From positions 1-64,000 of IMG/VR virus record IMGVR_UViG_3300009149_006183: a stretch of DNA of 64,000 bases; one strand, 5' to 3'. The translations under genes were made by a program, and so were the position numbers. The first letter of the stretch is position 1; every line of letters begins with the position of its first letter. Below, one piece after another: positions 19,017 to 27,847 of the stretch. The stretch comes from a virus. Under the pieces are notes generated by a model that saw only the letters and a list, made by a program, of their open reading frames with translations, made no database searches and was not told the DNA's origin.

Positions 19017-20195
19017 CTAGATAAAGTCATCCCAACTTGTTTTTTTTGCAGCATCTTCAAGGTTTATGTTTTTTTCTAAGATTTCGGTTGGTTCATGGTC
19101 ATCTTCTTCCTTGACTGATAATAACTCATCAAAACCCTTTAGCTCTTCTGGTATCTGTTTTACTATTGTCTCTACTTCTACTTCTGTCTTTACTTCTGGC
19201 TCAGAAACTATTATAGCCGGATTTCTATATGCTGGTTGAGATGGCGAAGCAGAAGCGTAATCCGCAGGCTGTGCTGAACCATATATCACTCTATCTTTTT
19301 GTGGCATAGCCAGCGTCAATTGTCTTGATAAACAGTCATTAGCGCTTTCCAAACATTTATCAATTGCCTCGGCGGCTTTGTAAATATCTTTTAGTTCTGC
19401 ACAGTATAATTCTAAATCTCCCAAATGCTCATAAATAACTCCAGCTTGTTTTTGTGCTGGTTTCGCGTACTCGACGCGGGCCAAGAGGCCAATCAGGAGT
19501 TCCACCGCTTTTTCGCACTTAAGATATCGACATTCCATCTGTATCTCTTTGACTCTATTTCTCCAGCCTTGAACTTCTTGCATTTTAGCATGTATTCCAG
19601 GTAAGTCATATAAAGATAAAGAGACATCAACCTTCGCAGAAATTAATTCTTTTATATACTTTTTAAAATTCTGCCTGCCATCTGAACCCATTAATTCTTG
19701 CAGAACATTTCTCTTTTCTCTATAAAAACTATCGAATTTTGGAGACGGAGACTCTATATTCCAATCATCTAATCTAATGACATCTTTAATATATAAACTA
19801 TCTTCCTCTGGTACTGACGGGGAAACTGACGGGGAAACTGACGGGGAAACTGACGGGGAAACTGACGGGGAAACTGTTGGAGCTGGAGCTGGAGCTGGAG
19901 CTGGAGCTGGAGCTGGAGCTGGAGCTGGAGCTGGAGCTGGAGCTGGAGCTGGAGCTGGTCTCTCTGGCTCGTTCTGAACTAAAGTATCGGTTTTTTCAGG
20001 TTCACTAGATAATGTGTCCATATTTTTTTCTACAGCTGTGTTCTGTTCTTGTATAATATCATTAACTTCTACAACCTCATTACTAAAAGTCTCTGAACTT
20101 TTAAGATTTGTATATATCTCCTCATCTTCGTTATCTATAGACTTGGGTTTTATATCAAATAAATCTGCAATTTCATCAAAAGTTGGTGTTGCCAT
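19017..20195 (-). CDS. Hypothetical protein with Pro-rich repeat linker and helical core
   Basis: 392-aa ORF; (PA)13 and (VSPS)5 tract; acidic termini ending SWDDFI. Confidence 0.7.
   Translation of the reverse strand: MATPTFDEIADLFDIKPKSIDNEDEEIYTNLKSSETFSNEVVEVNDIIQEQNTAVEKNMDTLSSEPEKTDTLVQNEPERPAPAPAPAPAPAPAPAPAPAPAPAPAPTVSPSVSPSVSPSVSPSVSPSVPEEDSLYIKDVIRLDDWNIESPSPKFDSFYREKRNVLQELMGSDGRQNFKKYIKELISAKVDVSLSLYDLPGIHAKMQEVQGWRNRVKEIQMECRYLKCEKAVELLIGLLARVEYAKPAQKQAGVIYEHLGDLELYCAELKDIYKAAEAIDKCLESANDCLSRQLTLAMPQKDRVIYGSAQPADYASASPSQPAYRNPAIIVSEPEVKTEVEVETIVKQIPEELKGFDELLSVKEEDDHEPTEILEKNINLEDAAKKTSWDDFI
19813..19956. repeat. Compound perfect tandem repeat: (ACTGACGGGGAA)x5 then (GGAGCT)x13
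   Basis: Read directly: 12-mer 19813-19872, 6-mer 19879-19956. Confidence 0.97.
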
Positions 20196-20208
20196 TTTTT
20201 ATCCTTTA

Positions 20209-20565
20209 TTAGATACTATCAAAAAGTTCGTCATTAATTTTTTTATTATCTATTCTCTTATCCACTGGCTCCGGTTCGTTATCCGCTGACGACCAAGCTG
20301 AAACATGCGTCAGTCCTAATTCTGCGAGAACGGCAGTAGAAGTTTTTTTAAAGTCATCGATAACGTGTTGAGATACAGCATCTAATTTTTGTTGCCTCTC
20401 CTTTAGCGTCCTCCATTCTATAACCTCTTCCACATGAGAACATATTTCTATGCCCTCATATTTAGCTGTCCATATCCTTCTGTTGATACCTTTCGTAACT
20501 TTAGAAGTTCTAGGATTATCAAGAACTATACCATCAACGTTAGATTTTTGTTCGTTTTCTACCAT
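20209..20565 (-). CDS. Hypothetical protein
   Basis: 118-aa ORF with GGAG SD. Confidence 0.65.
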   Translation of the reverse strand: MVENEQKSNVDGIVLDNPRTSKVTKGINRRIWTAKYEGIEICSHVEEVIEWRTLKERQQKLDAVSQHVIDDFKKTSTAVLAELGLTHVSAWSSADNEPEPVDKRIDNKKINDELFDSI

Positions 20566-20576
20566 TATTCTACTCC

Positions 20577-23009
20577 TTAATCAAATAAACTTTCATCCCC
20601 AATTCCCTTTTTGCCAGATCTTTTTTTATCTTTTCTCAACTTGTCAAATTTATCAGCCATAGTAAGACCGAATGCCTCTAACTCAATTTTATTCTCTCTA
20701 TTTCTTCCCCTATTTACTGATTTAAATTCGTCCTCAAAAAATCTGTCTTCAACCAAGCATTTTAAAGAGTCTCTTGTAAAAGTATTACCCGTTTTATATG
20801 CCAATTCTCGTAAATTTTTAAAAGGACGGTTATCAACAATTTCCTGAGCAGTTTCAGCACTAACCCCCTTACACATAAGGGAAGGCAAAATCTGCGTCTT
20901 GGATGAACCAGACCCCTTTTTAACAATTTCATAATCCACATTGCACTTATTAATATCTCTACCTAAAAGATCTATATTAAACTTTTTAAGATCTTTCTCT
21001 AAAATCTTAACTTTTTTGTGACTATTTTGTTGTTTTCTATAATTCTCCACATTTAAATAACAACACATGAATTCATCAGTATAATTTGCTTTTAAATAGG
21101 CTGTAACGTAAGAAGTGTAGGCGTACGAACAGGAATTTTTACTTATAACATATTTATTATCATCTTTTTTATCATATATTGCATAATTGTGTTGGCTAGA
21201 AGCCATAGTTAAATTATAAGTTTTTTCTTTTCTAACTTTTTTAACCGAAACAACTTTGCATTTCTTCAAATCTTGCATATTTTCGCTATATATTATTTCT
21301 AGATCGTCCCGTAAAATTTCACTAACAGTATATTCTTTTCCGTCTGAACAATAAAATTTATGCTCTAATGTGCATTCTAAAGTCATACCATTATTTAAAT
21401 TTATTTGGTATATATCTTTTTCTCCAGTTTCAAAAACATCTATTATAGTGTCATCAATGATAGTTCCGTCAATATAAGAATCAATAACCAGATTTGATCT
21501 TTTATTTTTATCTAATTCTATTAGCTCATCAATTGTATACAAATTACCAGTTATTTTATCTTTTACTCTCATTTTTCCAGAGATACAATGCGCCCTGTTA
21601 AATCCATAAGCGGCGAAAGGCGTGATAAACCTTTCCCAGTATTGCTCGGATAAATTTTCTGGAAGATCGTTTTCATTAGCCCCCTTAATAAATTGCTTTT
21701 TATATTTTTCAATTAATTCTACTTTTTTCTTACCTATACCCTTGATTACGATATAACCGTCTGTTACAGAAAAACCAGCCAAAGCATTACAAATCTGCAT
21801 AATTTGTTCTTGGTATACTAATAACCCATAAGTATCCTTTAGATATGGTTTTACATGTTTTTCTATTGATGGGTGAAAATATTCTACGTTTTTATGCCCT
21901 TTTTTTCTGGCACAATATTCAGGAATTGAGGCCATCGGGCCTGGGCGGTATAGCGATATTGCCGCCATAATATCATTAAAAGATGTCGGCTCTATCTCTT
22001 GCATCGTCTCTTGCATCCCATGCCCCTCGCATTGAAAAACACCCACAAGTTTGCCCGTCTTATATAGATCATAAGTTTTTTCGTCAGTCAATTTTAAATT
22101 CTTGATATCGACAGAAATGCCATAATTATTTTTTATCATCTCTGCGGTTTTTTGGATAACGGTTAAAGTACTAATGGCGAGAATGTCAAATTTTATTAGA
22201 CCCATATCCTCTAAATCTTCATAGGGATATTGCGTTGCAAAACCGGCCTTAGATGTTCTTAATGGGGCGAGATCACATAGCGGACTATTAGAGATTACAA
22301 TTCCGGCGGCATGAATTCCATAATTAGATATTGTCCCCTCTATGTCTTTAGCGTAATTTAAAAAATTAGGTATCTTATCTATATGTTTTCTAAAATCTGG
22401 ACAATGATCATAGGCGTCCTGTATCGTTTTAATCGCATGATCGTTGCCATCTTCATCCGTCATTTTCAGAATTGCCCCACGAGCATCTGGGAGAGTGTCT
22501 ATTATCTCTTTTACTTTAGCCTCATTCAGTGTTTTATTGTCCTTGTCCCCTTTATGAAAAGCATTTGCAACATCTAAAGCTTTTCCTATTCTGCGAATGG
22601 CAGACTTTAGTTTTAATGAAGAATAAGTTCCGATATTCCCCACGTTTTCTCTTCCATATTTATCAATTATATAGTCATAAACTTCTTGACGACGAAAATA
22701 ATCAAAATCTGAGTCGATATCAGGGAATCCCGCTCTAGCAAAAGCTCTTCTAAGTGGTAAAAACTCACCCTGTGGACGAGCCTCTGTCATCCCCAAGCCA
22801 TAAGCTGTCCAACTATTTATATCGTTTTTATGCCCCTTCTTATCTATGTTCTTCTTCCATAAATTATAAAAATTATCAAGATTATTTATAGAGTTTATTC
22901 CGTCTGTCACCTCTAAGATATCCAACTCCTTATCTATCTTTTGTAGAATAGACGGATCGGAAATTTTAAGACTACCGATTATATCATTCCTTTTTTCTAC
23001 CGATGTCAT
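20577..23009 (-). CDS. dnaE: DNA polymerase III alpha, catalytic (palm/fingers/HhH) part, with mini-intein
   Basis: FPDIDSDF, GIHAAGIVI, GLIKFDIL, GVFQCE, SLYRPGPM, TYGLLVYQEQIM, YGFNRAH, YLKANY. Confidence 0.95.
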   Translation of the reverse strand: MTSVEKRNDIIGSLKISDPSILQKIDKELDILEVTDGINSINNLDNFYNLWKKNIDKKGHKNDINSWTAYGLGMTEARPQGEFLPLRRAFARAGFPDIDSDFDYFRRQEVYDYIIDKYGRENVGNIGTYSSLKLKSAIRRIGKALDVANAFHKGDKDNKTLNEAKVKEIIDTLPDARGAILKMTDEDGNDHAIKTIQDAYDHCPDFRKHIDKIPNFLNYAKDIEGTISNYGIHAAGIVISNSPLCDLAPLRTSKAGFATQYPYEDLEDMGLIKFDILAISTLTVIQKTAEMIKNNYGISVDIKNLKLTDEKTYDLYKTGKLVGVFQCEGHGMQETMQEIEPTSFNDIMAAISLYRPGPMASIPEYCARKKGHKNVEYFHPSIEKHVKPYLKDTYGLLVYQEQIMQICNALAGFSVTDGYIVIKGIGKKKVELIEKYKKQFIKGANENDLPENLSEQYWERFITPFAAYGFNRAHCISGKMRVKDKITGNLYTIDELIELDKNKRSNLVIDSYIDGTIIDDTIIDVFETGEKDIYQINLNNGMTLECTLEHKFYCSDGKEYTVSEILRDDLEIIYSENMQDLKKCKVVSVKKVRKEKTYNLTMASSQHNYAIYDKKDDNKYVISKNSCSYAYTSYVTAYLKANYTDEFMCCYLNVENYRKQQNSHKKVKILEKDLKKFNIDLLGRDINKCNVDYEIVKKGSGSSKTQILPSLMCKGVSAETAQEIVDNRPFKNLRELAYKTGNTFTRDSLKCLVEDRFFEDEFKSVNRGRNRENKIELEAFGLTMADKFDKLRKDKKRSGKKGIGDESLFD
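21135..21587 (-). mobile_element. Mini-intein (151 aa) in DnaE
   Basis: FNRAH|CISGKMRV...ECTLEHKF (block B)...TYNLTM...HNY...ISKN|S; removal restores FNRAHSCSYAY. Confidence 0.9.
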
Positions 23010-23019
23010 CTTATAACCT

Positions 23020-23667
23020 CTATATCCTAATTTTACTATAAAAGTCTGAAGGCTTTTTTATAACATAATCCACAATTCCATATTTCAAAGCCTGATCCGA
23101 TCTAAGGTATGAGTTTTTTAACATTAAGCCCTTTATTTCTTTCTTACTAATCTTCGTATACCGCAATATAAAAGATTCAAAATCAGCCTGAATTTTTTTC
23201 CATTCTTCCATCTCAGTATCTAACTCATGTATTTTTCCATACATCCCGGAAGATATAGAATGAATCATAACACGAGAATTCGGAGTTATAAATCTTTTTC
23301 CGGGCATACCACTCATAAGAAGCATTTGCCCAACACTCATAGCCTTACCGACACAGATAGTAGCAATATCACATCTAGACATTTTCATCATGTCATGAAT
23401 CGATAAAAAACTATCGCAATAACCGCCATAAGAATCTATAAACATAAGGATATCAGAAAATGGATCAGAAGATTCATATTTTATAATATCAGATATAACT
23501 TTTTGAGCACAAATCTCATTAACCTGGCCGCTAATATAAATAATTCTATTAGATGAATCACTTTTAGATTGAGCCGTATTACAGTATGGAGGTTCTACTT
23601 GAGATATAATTCCTAAATCCTCATCAAAAGGAGCTACATTAGGGATTTCATTATTTTTCCATGACAT
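23020..23667 (-). CDS. clpP: ClpP-family protease subunit
   Basis: RIIYISG, IDSYGG, GKAMSVG (Ser), GKRF..PNSRVMIH (His), ALKYGIVD. Confidence 0.92.
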   Translation of the reverse strand: MSWKNNEIPNVAPFDEDLGIISQVEPPYCNTAQSKSDSSNRIIYISGQVNEICAQKVISDIIKYESSDPFSDILMFIDSYGGYCDSFLSIHDMMKMSRCDIATICVGKAMSVGQMLLMSGMPGKRFITPNSRVMIHSISSGMYGKIHELDTEMEEWKKIQADFESFILRYTKISKKEIKGLMLKNSYLRSDQALKYGIVDYVIKKPSDFYSKIRI

Positions 23668-23697
23668 TTTGTGGGACTCCTATAAAAATAAATAGCG

Positions 23698-25134
23698 TTA
23701 ATACCGATCAACCCCTCCCAGATCATCATCCAAACTGCGTTCGGACTCTAGATCGTCCCCGTCTTCATCGTCTTTAGCGTCGATTAGTTTTGATATATCG
23801 AATTCCTCTTCGAATCCGAAGTCATCGGCTTTTATAAATTGACGATTATCAAATCCCAAAAATCTTTCCCAAATTAAACTATGTTGCAGGGGGTCTGTCC
23901 CATAGCAGATATTTAAGCAATGTAAAATTACACTCGCATATCCCGAACCTCTACCAGCCCCAGTTAATATTCCAGAGTCATTAGCGAATCTCATTATATC
24001 CGCTTCAATTAAAAAATAAGTAGCAAAATCATATCCGTTATTTTCCCAAGCGACTCTCGTATCTGTCAATTCTATTTCTAATTGCTTTAAGTGCTCTGGG
24101 CTACTATCCCAGCCCTTCTTTTTCATCCCAATATTAACAAGATGCTTAAGATACCCAAACTTATTTTCAAACTCGCTAGAGGTAACTTTAAATTCCTTTG
24201 GAATGTCGAATTTAGGGAGCTTCATGCCTCCAAAAAGTTTCTTAGAAATATCTATATCGTCAATACGAGAAGCGAACTCTACTGTATTATAAATAGATTC
24301 TGGAATGCTAGAAAACATTTGAGCCATCTCTGTAGCAGATTTAAGATAAAACTCGTCATAAGGGAATTTAAGATGTTTTGGATTCGTAATGCAAGACGAG
24401 GTAGACATGCACATAAAAACTTCGTGAGATGTGCCTTGATCTTTATTAACATAATGTGTATCATTCGTAGCTATAAGGGGGATAGACATCTCTTTCCCTA
24501 GTTTAATGATATCTCCTAATATTAATTTTTCTTCTGGAATGCCATGATACATTATTTCTAAAAAGAAATCTTCTTTGAATATCTCTTTGAAAATTCCACA
24601 TACTTTTTTAGCGACATCATATCTATCGTATAATAGGTTAGCATTGACAAGACTGCCAAGACAAGCGGTAGAACATATCATTCCCTCTGAATGGGAGGAG
24701 AGAATATCAAAATCTATTCTTGGATCGAAATAGAACCCTTCTGTCCAAGATTTTTCCGATAAATGGCATAAATTTTGATATCCCTTAAAATTTTTGGCAA
24801 ATAAATTTAAATGTCTATTACCCTTTTGCCCATCAAACTGTTCCTTTTTAGATTTCCACAAACGATTACCACTAAAATACATCTCGCACCCCAATATCGG
24901 TTTGATAGTCGGATAGGGAATAGCAACACCAGATTTATCTTTGGTGGCCCTACACTCTTTAATAAGCTTGATTAATCCACCAACAGTCCCGTGGTCTGTT
25001 AATGCTATCGCTGGAAACCCAAGCTCGCGGGCTCTTAACACTAATTTTTTGACAGGAGCCAGTCCATCAAACTGGGAATAATCTGAGTGATTATGTAACG
25101 GCACGAATTCTGAGTTATTCCAGACTTTACTCAT
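23698..25134 (-). CDS. dnaE: DNA polymerase III alpha, N-terminal PHP part
   Basis: LHNHSDYSQFDG, ALTDHG, GCEMY, PRID, ATNDTHY, YLKS, GAGRGS, WERFL. Confidence 0.95.
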   Translation of the reverse strand: MSKVWNNSEFVPLHNHSDYSQFDGLAPVKKLVLRARELGFPAIALTDHGTVGGLIKLIKECRATKDKSGVAIPYPTIKPILGCEMYFSGNRLWKSKKEQFDGQKGNRHLNLFAKNFKGYQNLCHLSEKSWTEGFYFDPRIDFDILSSHSEGMICSTACLGSLVNANLLYDRYDVAKKVCGIFKEIFKEDFFLEIMYHGIPEEKLILGDIIKLGKEMSIPLIATNDTHYVNKDQGTSHEVFMCMSTSSCITNPKHLKFPYDEFYLKSATEMAQMFSSIPESIYNTVEFASRIDDIDISKKLFGGMKLPKFDIPKEFKVTSSEFENKFGYLKHLVNIGMKKKGWDSSPEHLKQLEIELTDTRVAWENNGYDFATYFLIEADIMRFANDSGILTGAGRGSGYASVILHCLNICYGTDPLQHSLIWERFLGFDNRQFIKADDFGFEEEFDISKLIDAKDDEDGDDLESERSLDDDLGGVDRY

Positions 25135-25195
25135 ATATTAATTCCTCTTTAACCTATTTTTAGAATAACAATTTTCAGCGACACAGTTTATATTT

Positions 25196-25552
25196 TTAAG
25201 TAAAATCTATAAATTCGCCGACAGAAATGCCGCCTTCGTCTTGAGATATTATTGAACGTCCGGTTGTCACTTTGATACACTCTATATTATTTATATTTAT
25301 ACCGTTAATAACGGCCATCGATTTTCCAACAAAAGATCTAATCTTTACGATATTATTTTCGATATTTAAAATTCTTACTCTTTCACAAACCTTAATAAAA
25401 TCCCTTATAGGATCTCTATATTCAAAATGTATATCTATATTCGTTTTAATTAGATTTTCTATTAGCCTTACAATCGATTCTTCGTCGTCTAAAACCCCGT
25501 TATAAATTGTTTTAGTTACAATCTGATTTCTTATATATCTCATAATTAACAA
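25196..25552 (-). CDS. Hypothetical protein
   Basis: ORF in co-directional run; probable ATG at 25543. Confidence 0.6.
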   Translation of the reverse strand: MLIMRYIRNQIVTKTIYNGVLDDEESIVRLIENLIKTNIDIHFEYRDPIRDFIKVCERVRILNIENNIVKIRSFVGKSMAVINGININNIECIKVTTGRSIISQDEGGISVGEFIDFT

Positions 25553-25824
25553 TGTTTTGTTGGGTCAAAAATCTCTCGATGACCATCACGATATTTTACA
25601 TATTTTGGTTTCATCTCTTTATAATAATCAGGATGCTTTTCGAAACCTTCTTTTCCATTAACAACAACACCGCTTTTATTACTACTCATATTCTGTCCGA
25701 CCGGCTCACAGACTATTCCATCTGGAGATTTAAATTCATCATTCGCTCTCTTGACATCACGAAAATCAGAGAAGATCTCATGAGTCTTAGGATGTTTAAA
25801 TTTATATATCTGAAATCTAGCCAT
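25546..25824 (-). CDS. Hypothetical protein
   Basis: 92-aa ORF with TAATG coupling to the upstream gene. Confidence 0.6.
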   Translation of the reverse strand: MARFQIYKFKHPKTHEIFSDFRDVKRANDEFKSPDGIVCEPVGQNMSSNKSGVVVNGKEGFEKHPDYYKEMKPKYVKYRDGHREIFDPTKHC

Positions 25825-26579
25825 TAGAACTCCATTAAATCAAAACTATAGTCATCAACTATGTTTGCAACAATACTATTTAAACTTTTTCTATTATGCA
25901 ACTCTATTATATTATTCCCTAAAGTTATAGCACGCTCCTTCATCTCGTTTTCTATCTTTTTTCTATACTTTCCCAAGATTCTTTTTTGAACGCTTAAATT
26001 TTTCCTATTAAAGATTTCTAGATCTTCTGCGGATAATACTTTTTTAATGATAACATTTTTATCGACTTTACCCATCAGATATGGAAGGAATATTGTACTA
26101 ACTATATATTCATCCGTCCTACCCTTATCTCTCAAATAATCTATAGAATTTATGTACGCAAACTCTTCTTCTATTTCAACGCTATAACTCGTAGCAAGCG
26201 ACAAGTCAGAAACGTAATGGAGCATCTCATGAACAATTGTTTCATCTACATCTCCCTCATTGCATATAATAATAGTTTTTAATATTTTCTCGAAAAAGCC
26301 CCCAAGACCAACATACCCTAAATTTTTTAAGAACCCTTTACTACAAAGAAAGACTGATACGTCCTTGACTTTATTGCCAGGAAATTTATTATCTACATAA
26401 TCAAAAGACTCCTTGTACTCAGGATATCTAATTTCGCGAGTATTAGCGCTAGATTTTATTTTTCCAATATGTTTTAATATGATGGCACTTTTTTCAGCGT
26501 AATTGGCGGCATACATTTTCCTGCGTTTTATAGCTAAAGTAGGATTATCACCTTTCATAATTTTCCTCATTTTCCTCAT
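25824..26579 (-). CDS. Putative zinc metallopeptidase-like protein
   Basis: TIVHEMLH (HExxH) followed by EEEFAY. Confidence 0.6.
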   Translation of the reverse strand: MRKMRKIMKGDNPTLAIKRRKMYAANYAEKSAIILKHIGKIKSSANTREIRYPEYKESFDYVDNKFPGNKVKDVSVFLCSKGFLKNLGYVGLGGFFEKILKTIIICNEGDVDETIVHEMLHYVSDLSLATSYSVEIEEEFAYINSIDYLRDKGRTDEYIVSTIFLPYLMGKVDKNVIIKKVLSAEDLEIFNRKNLSVQKRILGKYRKKIENEMKERAITLGNNIIELHNRKSLNSIVANIVDDYSFDLMEF

Positions 26580-26832
26580 TTTCTACTATACGACTCTCTT
26601 CTTTTTTTATATCAGCCTCTGATAGATACCCAGAACAAGCGGTTACACAATATGGAGTATTCCCGCGTTTAAAAATTCTACATTTTATAACAACCCCATA
26701 TACAGAGTATTCCACATACTCTATAGGATTAGTACAATCTCTACATTGGCATGTATTACAGATTGATAGGGCTATGCCATCTTTAGTATGAATATACTTA
26801 TTAACACTCGCTAAGTCACATGAATATTCCAT
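26548..26832 (-). CDS. Small Cys-rich protein
   Basis: CNTCQCRDC...C..C...C in 94 aa. Confidence 0.6.
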   Translation of the reverse strand: MEYSCDLASVNKYIHTKDGIALSICNTCQCRDCTNPIEYVEYSVYGVVIKCRIFKRGNTPYCVTACSGYLSEADIKKEESRIVENEENEENYER

Positions 26833-27402
26833 TTATGATCTCTTTACTATCGTCTTGCCAGTTCCGACATCAGGTTTTTTGTCTCTCATTAGCCATTCTT
26901 TTTCAACATCATCTTCTGTCAATTCTCCACTTTTAATTTCTGGAGCAGTCAGCTCCTCGATATTCTCTGCGAATTTTTTAATTATAATATCATTAGAGTT
27001 TTTATCGTCATCGGACTGGTCATCAAGTTGGTCACTCAATAATATTTCTGATTCGCCTTCTATCTGCGGTATGGCTAGCCCGCCGCCGAAACCAGAGACT
27101 CCAATCTCTTCACTAACTGATAGCTTTGGACTTAAAAAACTGCTAATTTTATTGTCGGGTTTTTTATCCTTCTCAGCCCCATCTTCAGTCTTGCCATTTT
27201 TAATAAGATGTTGCTCCTTCACAAATATCCCAATATCCATAATCATAGCAGCAGGATAAGAAAGGTAATCGCTTCCATTTTCAGATAAAGATATTGTATC
27301 GCCTAGCTCTTTAGTCTGATGAAATCTGATTTTATAATCAACAGCGTCGTCTGTATACCCAAAATCTAATGTTATTATTGTATTGTCTAAATTTATAGCC
27401 AT
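26833..27402 (-). CDS. Acidic hypothetical protein
   Basis: 189-aa ORF with AGGAG SD. Confidence 0.65.
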   Translation of the reverse strand: MAINLDNTIITLDFGYTDDAVDYKIRFHQTKELGDTISLSENGSDYLSYPAAMIMDIGIFVKEQHLIKNGKTEDGAEKDKKPDNKISSFLSPKLSVSEEIGVSGFGGGLAIPQIEGESEILLSDQLDDQSDDDKNSNDIIIKKFAENIEELTAPEIKSGELTEDDVEKEWLMRDKKPDVGTGKTIVKRS

Positions 27403-27414
27403 AATTCTCTCCTA

Positions 27415-27439
27415 TATACTATTTTCGGAAAATAGTATA
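27415..27439. promoter_or_regulatory. Perfect 11-bp inverted repeat in intergenic gap
   Basis: TATACTATTTT-CGG-AAAATAGTATA, abutting the SD of 26833..27402. Confidence 0.55.
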
Positions 27440-27442
27440 ATT

Positions 27443-27847
27443 TTAATATGTCTTTTTTCCTACTTTGTCATCTAAATACTCTGAATCTACAATTCTTGTC
27501 TCCCAGAAATGCTTCCAAAAATCTGTACTCTCTCTAACCAAATCCGGAAAAGGTTGAGGTACTTTCCAGCCAGACTCTTGAGCCCAGAACGATAAAAATC
27601 TTATATCTGGATTATAATAAGCGTCATTCCCAGGCGATGAATTAAAACTCATTATATATATACTGCCATCATAATATAGGTGTAGTAGAAACGAAGACTC
27701 TCCAAAGCTACTAGTTATTGAGACTTCAGATTCTAGCATCCATTCTTTAGCGAAGTCATCTGACATTATTTTTTGTACTTCTTTATATAATCCATTTGCT
27801 TCTAATAATGTAATATCACCAAAATCTATTTCAAAATCCTCAGCCAC
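27443..27847 (-). CDS. Hypothetical protein
   Basis: 134-aa ORF, GTG start overlapping upstream TAG. Confidence 0.6.
   Translation of the reverse strand: MAEDFEIDFGDITLLEANGLYKEVQKIMSDDFAKEWMLESEVSITSSFGESSFLLHLYYDGSIYIMSFNSSPGNDAYYNPDIRFLSFWAQESGWKVPQPFPDLVRESTDFWKHFWETRIVDSEYLDDKVGKKTY

Noticed and set aside
19813-19956. Repeat tract as CRISPR array or iteron origin
   Set aside because: No spacers; units are multiples of 3 within an ORF.
23009-23698. Trans-splicing split intein joining the two dnaE genes
   Set aside because: No intein N-block at the end of the PHP gene and no C-block at the start of the second gene; the only DnaE intein is internal and contiguous.
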